The notes: generated by a model from the letters alone, not told the origin. Shown: positions 1-10,600, numbered from the stretch's first letter. The stretch: DNA of 64,000 bases from Candidatus Moraniibacteriota bacterium (GCA_963778555.1 CAVZUR010000004.1:308151-372150), one strand, 5' to 3'. A program made the numbers and translations.

Positions 1-570
1 CGACATCTCCTCATCGCTGCGACCATCGACGGCCAGCCAGTGAGCCGCCTGACTGTTATTCGACAGCTCGAAAAAGAAGGCGGTGCGAGCGCGCTCGACG
101 CCCTGATCACGGAAAGACTGATTACCGTCGCGGCCGCCAAGGCCAAGATCGTCATCGCTCCAGCCGATATCGATGCTGAACTGAGCAAAATCACCGACCA
201 AGTGACGTCTCAGGGTCTGACACTGGAACAAGCCCTGGCGCAGCAAGGACTCACACTGGATGATATCCGCGTGAAAATCACTATTCGGAAACAACTCGAA
301 CGGCTCATCGGCGATAAGCTCACCGTCACAGACCAAGACATCGACAATTATTTGACTGAGACCAAGCTGACACTGCCCAAAGACATGAGTGAAACGGATT
401 TCCGCGACCGAGTCCGCGCGCAGCTGACCAGCCAGAAATTCGGCGCCGAAGCGGATCGCTGGATTACCAGTGCGCGCCAAAAAGCGAAGATCGAATACTT
501 CCTTGATTACGGCCAGACCCCTGAGATGGAAGCGGCCGCAACTAGCGCCGAAGTCAGCCCGGCTTCCTAA
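1..570 (+). CDS. SurA N-terminal/PrsA-like chaperone domain protein (5' partial)
   Basis: Helical motifs LDALITERLI..AKAKIVI..DIDAEL..LEQALAQQGLT..WITSARQKAKIE; the frame is open from the window start. Confidence 0.75.
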   Translation, partial: RHLLIAATIDGQPVSRLTVIRQLEKEGGASALDALITERLITVAAAKAKIVIAPADIDAELSKITDQVTSQGLTLEQALAQQGLTLDDIRVKITIRKQLERLIGDKLTVTDQDIDNYLTETKLTLPKDMSETDFRDRVRAQLTSQKFGAEADRWITSARQKAKIEYFLDYGQTPEMEAAATSAEVSPAS

Positions 571-633
571 CGCAGGCTGCCACTTCGCCGAGTACTCGCC
601 TGGAACCGCCGAAGAAAAGACAGTCCCCAACCC

Positions 634-1543
634 ATGAAGGAAGACCGGAGCATATTGATTGGCGCGAGTTTGATTGTCCTCACTCTGACGGCCGCAGTGG
701 GAGGAGTGTGGTTTGCATCCAACCTGAAAGCGGCCCCTCCGTCGATCCTCGCCCGGACCGGACACTATACGTCCACCATCGAACGAGGGATGGGTTTCTA
801 TACGCCGCAGCGTCTGGACCAGCTCCGAGTCGACGACTACCTGCTCTTCCAACTCGTCCAGAAAAAAAAAGGCAGGCCGATTCCATCCGATCTGGCAAAG
901 AAATTCGCCCGAGATCCGGCTAAACGGCTAATCCGGAAGAATGATTATTTCCGCGATGTCACATTCTCGCTCAACAACTTCCGCACCGACGACCGTACGC
1001 CGATTGATAACGACTTCTATGTGATAAACGAGCCCTATGCCGCTTTCCTCCGTGATCCCTGGGATGATGTGCTATTCAAGGCACTCTACTGCGACCAGAG
1101 CGGCTATGCTGCGGATGATTTTTCCATCCTGAAATCTATAGGCGATGGCCAGGGGGGCTATCTCGACACGCACGCTCTCCTTGGCATGCTGCTCCTTAAA
1201 GAGAATCGGTGTACTGACCAAGGTGCTGTCACTGATGAAATCGGACGCATCGTTCTCAGGATTGTCGCCGCGCTTGAAAAGGATACGGTTTTCAGCGATC
1301 TGTACGCGGAACGTATTGTTTTTCTATACTGGGCAGGCTATGGCGAGAGTGTCAAAAGAAGAATGGGTTGACCGGGTCGCGACGAACCTCACTCCAGACC
1401 CGGGCTGGCGCTCCGGCCAAGATGCTGATTCCAACGCCCATACGACCGGATTAGCCCTCCTCGCCCTCTTCTATTTCCGAGAAGGCTCAAGTCAACAGTC
1501 TTTCTATACCGAGCATTGGGGACCCTATGCAAGCTGCACATAA
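634..1543 (+). CDS. hypothetical exported protein, one frameshift near 1360
   Basis: ORF 634..1371 has an N-terminal TM and continues in ORF 1145..1543 (SKEEWVDRV..HTTGLALLAL). Confidence 0.55.
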
Positions 1544-1665
1544 GTCGCTCGGACAGAAGCCGGACTACTCCCGTTAGACTGTTCAGTGCGATAAAAAAAT
1601 CGGCGGACAGTCCTGTTGGACTCATCCGCCGTTCGTACCTGCATTGAGTATTTCAGACCCAACCT

Positions 1666-2736
1666 TCAAGCCGGCGCAGCTTTGAGTTGCGCCAGCCGCT
1701 GCGCAAACGTTTGGAGTCCCGCCGAAGCACTCCGCTCTGCATCCGCCTGCCAGGAACGTAGATTTGCGAGCAGTTCGCTTTCCGAGCAGCGCTCTTCCCA
1801 GAGCGCGATGAGACGAAGACGCATATTTTTCCAATCGCCCGTCTCCGCCGGGTACTGTTTCGCGATCTGATTGAAGCGAGAGAGAACCTCGAAACGGAGA
1901 ATCTGAATTGCCTGGAGTGTCGCAACATCACAGACTGACTTTTGTTTGTCATAGATCAACCGAGGAGCGCGATGTTTCACGGTCGCGAGATGAAGTGCAG
2001 TGAGGATGCGGATATACAGCCAGCCGAGGTCGAATTCCCATGGCCGGACCGAGAATTTCGCCGACGTCGGATAGGTGTGATGATTGTTATGGAGCTCTTC
2101 GCCGCCGATGACGATGCCCCAGGGCGAAAGATTGGTCGAGGCGTCCGGCGGATCGAAGTTTCGATACCCCCACCAGTGGCCGAGACCATTGATGATTCCC
2201 GCGGCATTCACCGGAATCCAGAGCATCTGGACGGCCCAGACGGTCAGGCCGATGACTCCGAAGAGGAGGATATCGATGCCCAGCATCGAGGCGATGCCGA
2301 TGACGGTGTGACGGCTGTAGAGATGCCGCTCGATCCAATCATCCGGCGTGTACTTGCCGAAATCGGCGAGCGTCGCCCGATTCTTGGACTCGGCCCGGTA
2401 GAGCTCGCTCCCTCGGAGGAGGACGGTGCCGATACCGCGCGTCTGCGGACTATGCGGATCGTCAGCTGTCTCGACCCGGGCGTGATGTTTGCGGTGGATA
2501 GCAACCCATTCGCGCGTCACCATGCCGGTCGTGAGCCAAAGCCAAAAGCGGAAAAAGTGCGCTGGGAGCGGCCCGAGCTCGAGCGCCCGATGCGCCTGCG
2601 CGCGGTGGAGGAAAATCGTGACCGCCGCAATGGTGATATGCGTCGTCACGAGCACGTAGAGGAGAATCTGCCACCAGCGAGCTCCGAGGAGGCCGTTGGC
2701 GAGCCAATCCAAGACGCTAGAAAACATGAGTTCCAT
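1666..2736 (-). CDS. desA: membrane delta-9-type acyl-CoA/fatty acid desaturase (DesA-like)
   Basis: His boxes HRAQAH, HRKHH and GEELHNNHH, plus TM segments. Confidence 0.9.
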   Translation of the reverse strand: MELMFSSVLDWLANGLLGARWWQILLYVLVTTHITIAAVTIFLHRAQAHRALELGPLPAHFFRFWLWLTTGMVTREWVAIHRKHHARVETADDPHSPQTRGIGTVLLRGSELYRAESKNRATLADFGKYTPDDWIERHLYSRHTVIGIASMLGIDILLFGVIGLTVWAVQMLWIPVNAAGIINGLGHWWGYRNFDPPDASTNLSPWGIVIGGEELHNNHHTYPTSAKFSVRPWEFDLGWLYIRILTALHLATVKHRAPRLIYDKQKSVCDVATLQAIQILRFEVLSRFNQIAKQYPAETGDWKNMRLRLIALWEERCSESELLANLRSWQADAERSASAGLQTFAQRLAQLKAAPA

Positions 2737-2889
2737 ACTGTTCCCCTTTCAAGGGTTGGGTTGGGAAGAAGAGACTTTATTGTCAAAAAGCTGAGCCTAT
2801 TATAGGCGATTTCACTCATTTGCCATAACCAGAATCGAGGGCTGAACCTCCGCGCCAGAGGGTGGTACAATGGAGTCCGAGGCAAGGTA

Positions 2890-3494
2890 TGACTGGAACG
2901 AAATCATCGCGACAGCTCACAGTAGCCGTGGCCTCAAAAAGGGTTCGCTGCCCTTGGGTGCCAGTCGGTAACGAGCTCTACACGCGGTATCACGATATAG
3001 AGTGGGGCGTGCCGGTGCATGACGATCGGACATTCTTTGAATTTCTCCTCCTCGAAAGCGCCCAGGCCGGATTGTCGTGGGAAACGATTCTGAAACGACG
3101 CGAAGGATACCAAAAAGCCTTTGTTGAGTTTAGTGCAAAAAAGATCGCCCGTTTCGGAACTCGCGATATTGTCCGCCTCATGAAAAATGACAGTATCATC
3201 CGGAATCGCTTGAAAATCGAGTCGGCGATCAGCAATGCCCGGACCTTCCTTACCATCCAACACGAATTCGGCAGCTTCTCGAAATATGTCTGGGAATTCG
3301 TCGGCGGAAAAACTCTCAGGTCACCAAAAGGAAGTCCGCGCGTGACCAGCCCGGAAGCTATTGCACTTGCAACCGACCTCAAACGCCGTGGTTTCAAGTT
3401 TTTTGGCCCGGTAATCGCCTACGCGTTCATGCAGGCGACCGGCCTCGTCGACGACCATGAACGCTCCTGTTTTCTCTACCGCACGAAAACCTAA
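2890..3494 (+). CDS. tag: DNA-3-methyladenine glycosylase I
   Basis: RCPW..YHDIEWG, LESAQAGLSW, IIRNRLKI, MQATGLVDDH..C. Confidence 0.93.
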
Positions 3495-3515
3495 TCCCTA
3501 ACCAACACTCTTCAT

Positions 3516-3998
3516 ATGGATTCGCTCGTCATCATCGGCGCCATACTCGCCATTGTCGGCGTCATCGGTAGCATCCTCCCTGCTTTCCCTGGGCCAATCT
3601 TAAGTTATGGTGCGCTTATTCTGCTCTACTTCGCGAAAGGGCCCGAAAACATATCACTCTTCACCCTTGGCATCTTTGGCGCGCTACTCATACTCGTCAC
3701 CATCCTCAGCTATTCCGCGCCAATCTGGGGGGCACGCTTCTCCGGCGCGTCCTCGCGAGGGGTCTGGGGCGCCTGCATCGGCGCCATCATCGGCTTGATC
3801 TTCTTCCCCCCGTTCGGTCTATTCATCGGCGCTTTTTTTGGAGCTGTTATCGGCGAACTCTCCACTGGCAAAGATGGCCAGGCTGCATTGAAAGCGGGCG
3901 TCAGCACACTGCTCGGCTCCGTCATGGTCATCTTCCTCCAGACAGTCGTCGCACTCGCGATGGCGGGATACTTCTTCTACGTGCTCATCCGCGGATGA
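3516..3998 (+). CDS. DUF456 family membrane protein
   Basis: Gly-rich TMs: ILPAFPG, GARFSGAS..G.WGA.IG, GAFFGAVIGE. Confidence 0.8.
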   Translation: MDSLVIIGAILAIVGVIGSILPAFPGPILSYGALILLYFAKGPENISLFTLGIFGALLILVTILSYSAPIWGARFSGASSRGVWGACIGAIIGLIFFPPFGLFIGAFFGAVIGELSTGKDGQAALKAGVSTLLGSVMVIFLQTVVALAMAGYFFYVLIRG

Positions 3999-4008
3999 TG
4001 AATGTCCT

Positions 4009-4716
4009 ATGAACAAGCGTTATTTTCCGGCTTCCGGCCGCGGCCACGTCACCTGGGACTGGCTCAATACCTATCACTCCTTCAGCTTCGGCCACTTTTA
4101 TAACCCTGAACTGATGGGCTTCGGCGCACTGCGTGTCGTCAACGATGATACCATCGCTCCGGGCCAAGGCTTCGGCGAGCATCCGCATCAAGACATGGAA
4201 ATTATCACCATCCCGTTGTCTGGTGCAGTCGAGCATCAAGACAACACCGGTGCCCACGGCATCACGCCGTCCGGATCCGTCCAAGTCATGTCGGCCGGCC
4301 GACATGTCGCCCATTCGGAACGGAATGCCTCGGCGACCGAACCTCTTTCTCTTTTTCAGATCTGGATCGAGCCCAAAGCATATGGCATCGATCCGCGCTA
4401 CGCTGAAAAATCCTTTGATCCAAAGAAACGCGAGGGCGCTTGGCAGCTTCTGGTCTCGAACGATGGCCGCCACGGCTCACTCAGCATCCATCAGGATGCA
4501 TTTATCTCGCTCGCTCGTTTCACTGCTGATACTGATTTCACCTATCCGGTTCACCGAACTGGCAATATCGTCTTTCTTATGCTGGTCGATGGACAAGCGA
4601 AGATTGATGGCCAATCTCTCGGCCGTCGAGACGCAATCGGCGCGAGCGACACTATAGGCATTAGCGGTCGGATGACTGTAGACGGAGAACTTATGGTCAT
4701 TGAGATACCAGAATAA
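4009..4716 (+). CDS. pirin family protein (YhhW-like)
   Basis: HSFSF, FGALRVVNDD, GFGEHPHQDMEI, MSAG..V.HSERN, FQIWI. Confidence 0.92.
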   Translation: MNKRYFPASGRGHVTWDWLNTYHSFSFGHFYNPELMGFGALRVVNDDTIAPGQGFGEHPHQDMEIITIPLSGAVEHQDNTGAHGITPSGSVQVMSAGRHVAHSERNASATEPLSLFQIWIEPKAYGIDPRYAEKSFDPKKREGAWQLLVSNDGRHGSLSIHQDAFISLARFTADTDFTYPVHRTGNIVFLMLVDGQAKIDGQSLGRRDAIGASDTIGISGRMTVDGELMVIEIPE

Positions 4717-4732
4717 GCAATCTTAGTAGGCA

Positions 4733-4769
4733 TAAAAAAAATCACCCGCTCTACCGGGTGATTTTTTTT
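4733..4769. terminator. bidirectional intrinsic terminator
   Basis: AAAAAAAATCACCCG-ctctac-CGGGTGATTTTTTTT between convergent genes. Confidence 0.85.
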
Positions 4770-4778
4770 CGTGGCAGT

Positions 4779-5045
4779 TTAGGCCTGATCACGATTCTCG
4801 AGCGGACGGGCCTCGTTGACCGTCAACGTGCGTCCATCCATCTCTTTACCGTGCCACAGCTCGATGGCTTTTGCCGCCTCTTCCGGAGTAGTCATCTCCA
4901 CGAACCCGAAACCGCGTGAGCGGCCAGTGGCCCGATCGATGATAATCTTCGTAGAAACGACCGTACCTGCCTGAGAGAAAGCGACCTTGAGGTCCTCTTC
5001 CGTAGAGCGGTACGGGATACCACCGACGTACAAACGTGTCGACAT
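4779..5045 (-). CDS. RRM RNA-binding protein
   Basis: RNP2 LYVGGI, RNP1 RGFGFVEM, GRTLTVNEARP. Confidence 0.92.
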   Translation of the reverse strand: MSTRLYVGGIPYRSTEEDLKVAFSQAGTVVSTKIIIDRATGRSRGFGFVEMTTPEEAAKAIELWHGKEMDGRTLTVNEARPLENRDQA

Positions 5046-5249
5046 AGTATACACTCTATAGTTATGCAAACTCTGTGTAAGACGACCTTCTGGCTTCATT
5101 CACGTAACGAGGCAGCACCCGAGAGTGACCGACACTGTACACGCCGAAAATCCGACCGAGAAACCTTACAGTTGCCCCTAGAACATAGCATGAACGAGCC
5201 ATAAAGGCAAGAGGAACCATATATGTAGTATATACGTGAGGAAACCTAA

Positions 5250-6827
5250 CTAATACTGTGTTTGGACTATCAAACCCTGCACCAATGATGGACTCGGGGT
5301 TTTTGTTGGCTTGATTCCTGTCGATATGAGTTGTAGGTATCGGTCATATATATCAAAAAAGTTTTCTCCATGGGCATTCTGACACTCTCGCAGTTCCTGT
5401 TCCAAAAGAGCTCGTCCCGATATCATTCGGTCATCATCACTCCACACCACCTTTTTTTCCGGAGTTATCTTTCCTGTGCCAATCCCTCCGTTGCCAGAAC
5501 TATCAGAGATTGACATTTCACGAGGTTTCTTCGGTGCATCATCATAGCGATAACCACCCAGGATTCGATATGCTCGCTGGTCTATATTCTTACACACCGG
5601 AAAACTATCACGTTCTGGGCTCAAGAATGGAATTGCTTTGATGAGCTGCTCTTCATAGAAAGTTGGATCGAAACCATACACGTCAAAAAAACTTCGACCG
5701 GCCTTATTCGCGTAAGAAGTGAATTGCGCCACGTATTCCTTCACCAAAGTACCATACTCAGAATAATGCACCGTCTTGGAGAAATGATAATTAGGTATAA
5801 GTTCGAATTGTCCGACTTCATCTTTAATCAGATACCCAAAACTGACATCTCCATTGGTGATTTTCCCATCATCCCTGATAAAGAGGATCCTATTCTCAAT
5901 CTGTATCGTCGGAAAATTGCTGATGAACCGGTTTTCCGCCTCCCCTGTCGCCAGTCTCAGTCGCTCTTGCGGATCTGAAGGAATACCATTTGTCACGTAG
6001 AAGTACTCTGCTTCATTCTTTTCGCTTGCACTATAGCCAGCCGAGAGACCGGTTTTACAAAATCCCGCGTGAATAGGTTCTTTGCAGTCATAGGTATAAT
6101 TCTTTTCGCAGTTTGGTAAATTACTGAAGAATTCAGGATCTTCCTTACTAGACAAAACTCCAGAACGATAGCCAGCAGTTCTAGTACCTCCTTTATAAAA
6201 ATAGATCATCTTTTCACCTTGGAAACACATATCCGCTGGATATCCACTAGAATAGGGCGCATGGACACAATCTGTCAGACAGGCCTGTTCAAGCTCGTTT
6301 ATCGCTATGGGTGTTTGTGGTTCTTGTTGGTATGGTACGAACCAATACTTCAGCCGCGCGAAAACACTATGCTTCTGTGTTTCAAGCGTTACCCCTATCA
6401 TGGAAAGAGAGACGTTCACGCCTCGGGAGTAGCCGAATGCCAAAAAAAGAAGCAATATAATACTGCCAACGCTTGCTCGGCGCACAACCTGATTCTTTAA
6501 CCGCCGCAGACAGGTTAAAAAAATGACATACTTGCCGATTAGAAAGAGTATCGATATTATGACAGCTATAAAATTTCCCCAAGATAAACCCACTATCACA
6601 CTTAGTGGAATTGCTTGAAGTGCTGTTAAGCTCCACAATTGTTCCTGAAAGTTGCTAGAGTCGTCTCCAAAGTGCATGAGTGTAGGAGTAAGAGCGGCAA
6701 GAGCAAGAGCCCATTGATTCTTCGATCCCCAACGGTTTCCCTCCAGTCCATCACGGGGTGAGATTCTTTTAGAATTCGAGGATGACGGAGTGTCAATAGA
6801 TACTACCTCAGTAGAAATATTTTCCAT
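5250..6827 (-). CDS. hypothetical membrane-anchored protein, low GC
   Basis: 525-aa ORF with N-terminal TMs and a Cys-containing region; visibly more AT-rich than its flanks. Confidence 0.65.
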   Translation of the reverse strand: MENISTEVVSIDTPSSSNSKRISPRDGLEGNRWGSKNQWALALAALTPTLMHFGDDSSNFQEQLWSLTALQAIPLSVIVGLSWGNFIAVIISILFLIGKYVIFLTCLRRLKNQVVRRASVGSIILLLFLAFGYSRGVNVSLSMIGVTLETQKHSVFARLKYWFVPYQQEPQTPIAINELEQACLTDCVHAPYSSGYPADMCFQGEKMIYFYKGGTRTAGYRSGVLSSKEDPEFFSNLPNCEKNYTYDCKEPIHAGFCKTGLSAGYSASEKNEAEYFYVTNGIPSDPQERLRLATGEAENRFISNFPTIQIENRILFIRDDGKITNGDVSFGYLIKDEVGQFELIPNYHFSKTVHYSEYGTLVKEYVAQFTSYANKAGRSFFDVYGFDPTFYEEQLIKAIPFLSPERDSFPVCKNIDQRAYRILGGYRYDDAPKKPREMSISDSSGNGGIGTGKITPEKKVVWSDDDRMISGRALLEQELRECQNAHGENFFDIYDRYLQLISTGIKPTKTPSPSLVQGLIVQTQY

Positions 6828-6938
6828 AAAATTTAATATAATTGTAGCTAGTTTAACATATGAAACGGCGCTTTTATAAAAGCTATTTTTCTTTTTGTGC
6901 TAGAATGATTGCGGGAAGCTAATACGTAAACATACCGT

Positions 6939-7157
6939 ATGAAGAAAACGACGCATTTCGCAGTCTCTCGGGATAAAAAAGGTGGCTATCGCTGGAAACT
7001 CATCGGCGCCAACGGCGAAGCGGTCGCCACCGGAGAAAGCTATCAGTCCCGCGCCGCCATGATGAACGCCGTGAAAAAGCTCCGCCTCTGGGCAGCGACC
7101 GATCGCATCGAAGAGCCGAAAGAGAAGAAGGTTGTCACCAAAAAGAAGACAGCGTAG
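6939..7157 (+). CDS. DUF1508/YegP family protein
   Basis: DKKGGYRWKLIGANGEAVATGESY. Confidence 0.85.
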   Translation: MKKTTHFAVSRDKKGGYRWKLIGANGEAVATGESYQSRAAMMNAVKKLRLWAATDRIEEPKEKKVVTKKKTA

Positions 7158-7173
7158 ATTCTACCCTCAATAG

Positions 7174-7199
7174 AAAACACCCTCCGGCGAGGGTGTTTT
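7174..7199. terminator. bidirectional terminator
   Basis: AAAACACCCTC-cggc-GAGGGTGTTTT. Confidence 0.8.
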
Positions 7200-7823
7200 C
7201 TATTGAAGGATGAGAGCGCGGATGATCGGTGTTAATCGATCGGCGATTTTCTCGTAGCCACGGTCATTCGGATGGATTGCATCACTCATGAGCGCGGGAT
7301 CGCCGAACACTCCTTGGAGCGCGTCCTCGACATAGCGTGACTGCGTTTCCTTGGCCGCCGCCTCGTACCGATCATCCGCTCCCCCGCCGATAATACCGCT
7401 TCGGACACCGATAAAGACAACTGCCGCGCCATCTGTTTGGAAAGCCGTGATTATTTTTTTTAGATTGGCAAAGGTTTCATCACGCGGCACTTTCTGGAGA
7501 AAATCATTCCCTCCCAAGAGAATCAGTACGAGGCGCGGATGCTCATCGATCGCCTCGCCAGTCCGGACCAGTCCCTGGCGAGTTGTATTGCCAGCGACGC
7601 CGTAGTTCAGAACTGACTCACCCAGACGTTTTGCGAGCAAAGCGGGAAGCTCGTGTCCCGCTGTCGCTCCCACCCCTTCGACGAGGCTATCTCCGAAAAA
7701 GAGTATCGGGCCGCTTTTCCGCAAGGGAATATTCTTCACCGGTGCCGCACTCTGAAAATAATATCCGAGAAGCCCCAGGATAATCACTGCCATGACACTG
7801 GCGATAATTTTTTTCGTGTGCAT
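7200..7823 (-). CDS. GDSL/SGNH hydrolase (arylesterase-like)
   Basis: FFGDSL, NYGVAG, GGND, DAIHPN. Confidence 0.9.
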   Translation of the reverse strand: MHTKKIIASVMAVIILGLLGYYFQSAAPVKNIPLRKSGPILFFGDSLVEGVGATAGHELPALLAKRLGESVLNYGVAGNTTRQGLVRTGEAIDEHPRLVLILLGGNDFLQKVPRDETFANLKKIITAFQTDGAAVVFIGVRSGIIGGGADDRYEAAAKETQSRYVEDALQGVFGDPALMSDAIHPNDRGYEKIADRLTPIIRALILQ

Positions 7824-7829
7824 AACTTC

Positions 7830-8345
7830 TTATTGAGCGTCAGGAATGAAACGGAGTGCCGCTCCATTCATGCAGTACCGGAGTCCGGTCGGCGCTGGCC
7901 CATCCGTAAAGACATGCCCCAAATGTCCGCCTGCCGTGGAAAGAACTTCGGTCCGCTCCATAAATAGAGTATTGTCCGACCGCTCGATGACTGCGTCCGA
8001 TCGGATCGGTCGAGTGAAGCTCGGCCACCCGGTGCCAGAATCGAATTTATCCTCTGAACGGAAGACTGACTCGCCCGTGTCAGCTGCGACATATGTGCCG
8101 GTCCGTTTTTCGGTATTGAGCGGGCTCGAGAATGGCCGCTCCGTCCCTCCCTCGCGAAGAATGGTATATGACTCAGGGGAAAGTCTAGTGCGCCACTCAT
8201 CTTCTGCACGAGGCGTTTCGCGGGAGAGTCCTTGGCGCTTGCTGGTGGCGATGTGCTTGTCATTCCACCAAAGCAAGATTCCTCCGACAAAGGCCAGAAG
8301 GAACACCAAGGTGAACCGTAGTTTCTGTGGGATGGAGTGCAGCAT
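7830..8345 (-). CDS. msrB: peptide-methionine (R)-S-oxide reductase with N-terminal anchor
   Basis: GTERPF, KFDSGTGWPSF, HLGHVF.DGP.PTGLRYCMN. Confidence 0.93.
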   Translation of the reverse strand: MLHSIPQKLRFTLVFLLAFVGGILLWWNDKHIATSKRQGLSRETPRAEDEWRTRLSPESYTILREGGTERPFSSPLNTEKRTGTYVAADTGESVFRSEDKFDSGTGWPSFTRPIRSDAVIERSDNTLFMERTEVLSTAGGHLGHVFTDGPAPTGLRYCMNGAALRFIPDAQ

Positions 8346-8378
8346 GCCTATGATAAGGGGTCAATGAACGAGCCGGCG

Positions 8379-9152
8379 TCAGGCACGCAATCCACGGCCC
8401 GTTTTGAAGAGATACCAGGTATAGATGAAAAGGCCGGTCGTAAGCGAAATAAGGAGACCGGCGGCAAACATCACCGAGACATCGGAAACACCGAGAAAGC
8501 CATAGCGGAAACCATTAATCATATAGAGAATCGGGTTCCATTGCGACACAGATTGCCAGAACGGGGGCAACATCGAAATCGAATAGAAGATCCCACCGAG
8601 ATACGTCAGCGGTGTCAGGACGAAATTCGGAACAATAGAAATGCCATCAAAACTGTTGGCGAACACCCCGTTCAATAGTCCGACCATGGAAAAGAGGATC
8701 GATGTGAGCAGCGCGAAGAGGAGCATAGTCATCGGATGCGCCATGGTGACGTCAGTGAAAAAACCTGCCACGACCATCACCAGGGTCGCAACTGTCATTC
8801 CTCGCAAAACTCCGCCGGTGACATAGCCCGCGATAACGACTGGATACGGCGTCGGTGACACCATGATCTCCTCGAGTGTTTTCTGGAATTTCGCGAAGTA
8901 GAACGATGAAACCGTGTGCATGAACGAACTCATGATGACAGACATCATAATAAGCCCGGGAACGATGAATTCCATGTAGGTATAGCCGTTGATCGGCGCG
9001 ATCTGCGAGCCGATAAAGCCTCCGAAAATAACGAAGTACAGTGACATCGTGACGACCGGCGGCAAGAGTGTCTGGGACCACACCCGCAGATAACGGATCG
9101 CTTCTTTCCGGACGATCGTGAGGTAGGCAACCCAGAGTTCGGTGGGATTCAT
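8379..9152 (-). CDS. ABC-2 permease (YadH-like)
   Basis: QTLLPPVVTMSLYFVIFG, YMEFIVPGLIMM, NPILYMINGFRYGFLG. Confidence 0.9.
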   Translation of the reverse strand: MNPTELWVAYLTIVRKEAIRYLRVWSQTLLPPVVTMSLYFVIFGGFIGSQIAPINGYTYMEFIVPGLIMMSVIMSSFMHTVSSFYFAKFQKTLEEIMVSPTPYPVVIAGYVTGGVLRGMTVATLVMVVAGFFTDVTMAHPMTMLLFALLTSILFSMVGLLNGVFANSFDGISIVPNFVLTPLTYLGGIFYSISMLPPFWQSVSQWNPILYMINGFRYGFLGVSDVSVMFAAGLLISLTTGLFIYTWYLFKTGRGLRA

Positions 9153-9158
9153 ACGGAT

Positions 9159-10076
9159 TTATGCTTTGCGAGTTTTTTGCACAAAGAATTCCTCAAGACG
9201 ATTCGTCTTGTTGCGAAGACTTTTCACCTCCAAGCCGAGGCCGTGCAATGCTCGGAGCGCCTTATCCAACGTCTGCTCTTTGGTCAGAGTGAGTTCGACA
9301 GAGCGTTCATTGGCCAGGGCCCGGAAAGGCTGGAGTGTCTGGTCCATCTCGTGTGTCAAGGTGCTGCCGAGATCAAACACAAACGTTTCCTCAGCCATTG
9401 AAGCCAGGAGTGTCTTGATCTCTCCACGCTCGACAATCTCGCCCTGATGGATGATAGCCACGTGCCGACAGAGCTGCTCCGCTTCTTCGAGATAGTGTGT
9501 GGTCAAAATAATAGTGACACCGGACGCGTTCAGCTCACGAAGAAAATCCCACATCCCACGCCTGAGTTCGATATCAACACCGGCCGTCGGCTCATCGAGG
9601 ATGAGGAGCTTTGGCTCATGCACCAACCCACGGGCGATCATAAGACGCCGCTTCATCCCACCCGAGAGCGAACGAGCCTGTTCATGCCGTTTCTCCCAGA
9701 GGCCCAACTGCTTCAAGTATTTTTCTGCCGCTACCAGCGCCCGCTTCCGGGGAATACCATAATACCCAGCCTGATCGACGATGATATCCTCCACTTTCTC
9801 GAAAATGCCGAAATTGAACTCCTGCGGTACGACACCGATATGCAGCTTCGCCTTGGCCGGCTCCGCATCGATGGAAAGACCGCCGATACTCACTTCGCCC
9901 GCATCCTTGTTGACGAGACCGGACACAACACCGATGAGAGTCGTCTTGCCCGCGCCATTGGGACCGAGGAGTGCGAAAAAATCCCCCTCCTCGACTTCGA
10001 GGCTGACTTCCTTGAGGGCCTGCACTCCGTTGCCGTAGGTCTTCCTCAATCGTGCGATTGAGAGTGCTATTGCCAT
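9159..10076 (-). CDS. ABC transporter ATP-binding protein (YadG-like)
   Basis: GPNGAGKT, LSGGMKRR, ILDEPT. Confidence 0.92.
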   Translation of the reverse strand: MAIALSIARLRKTYGNGVQALKEVSLEVEEGDFFALLGPNGAGKTTLIGVVSGLVNKDAGEVSIGGLSIDAEPAKAKLHIGVVPQEFNFGIFEKVEDIIVDQAGYYGIPRKRALVAAEKYLKQLGLWEKRHEQARSLSGGMKRRLMIARGLVHEPKLLILDEPTAGVDIELRRGMWDFLRELNASGVTIILTTHYLEEAEQLCRHVAIIHQGEIVERGEIKTLLASMAEETFVFDLGSTLTHEMDQTLQPFRALANERSVELTLTKEQTLDKALRALHGLGLEVKSLRNKTNRLEEFFVQKTRKA

Positions 10077-10081
10077 ACCGA

Positions 10082-10600
10082 CTAGTTTGCGTTCGGCTTC
10101 AGAGGAAGATCGCCAATGAAATCAGCCTTCCCCAACGGAACACCTTGGTTTCGAAGAATGTCATAAGCCGTTGTCGCATGGAAGAAGAAATTCGGGAGAT
10201 AAGACTGATACAACGCGTCATTTCCAAGCAAATACGTATCCGGCACATACGGGAATGGGATATGGCGATCCTCAGCACCATCGAACTTCACCCGATCCAA
10301 AGTCTTGAGATACGCCACCGTCTTCTTAGTCCGCTCGATGAGCTCGGCCATCGTCACCTCAGCGTCCTCCATCTTTGGCGGTTCCTCACCCGCAAGGCGG
10401 GCTGAAATTGCCTTAGCATTGTCGGAAGCGATCTGGACCTGCCGTACAAGTGGAAACATATCTGGCGCAAGCTTGGCCTGGAGCATTGCTTCATCGGTTT
10501 TCTCTTGTTCCATTGCCCAGACTCGTCCCTTTTCCAATATGTTCGCTAAATTTTCAAGCATCTTCACATACACCGGCACCGAGGCATCGTAGAGATTCAT
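10082..10600 (-). CDS. DUF1993 family protein
   Basis: LAPDMFPLVRQVQIASD, PNFFFHATTAYDILR..GV.LGK.DF. Confidence 0.88.
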   Translation of the reverse strand: MNLYDASVPVYVKMLENLANILEKGRVWAMEQEKTDEAMLQAKLAPDMFPLVRQVQIASDNAKAISARLAGEEPPKMEDAEVTMAELIERTKKTVAYLKTLDRVKFDGAEDRHIPFPYVPDTYLLGNDALYQSYLPNFFFHATTAYDILRNQGVPLGKADFIGDLPLKPNAN

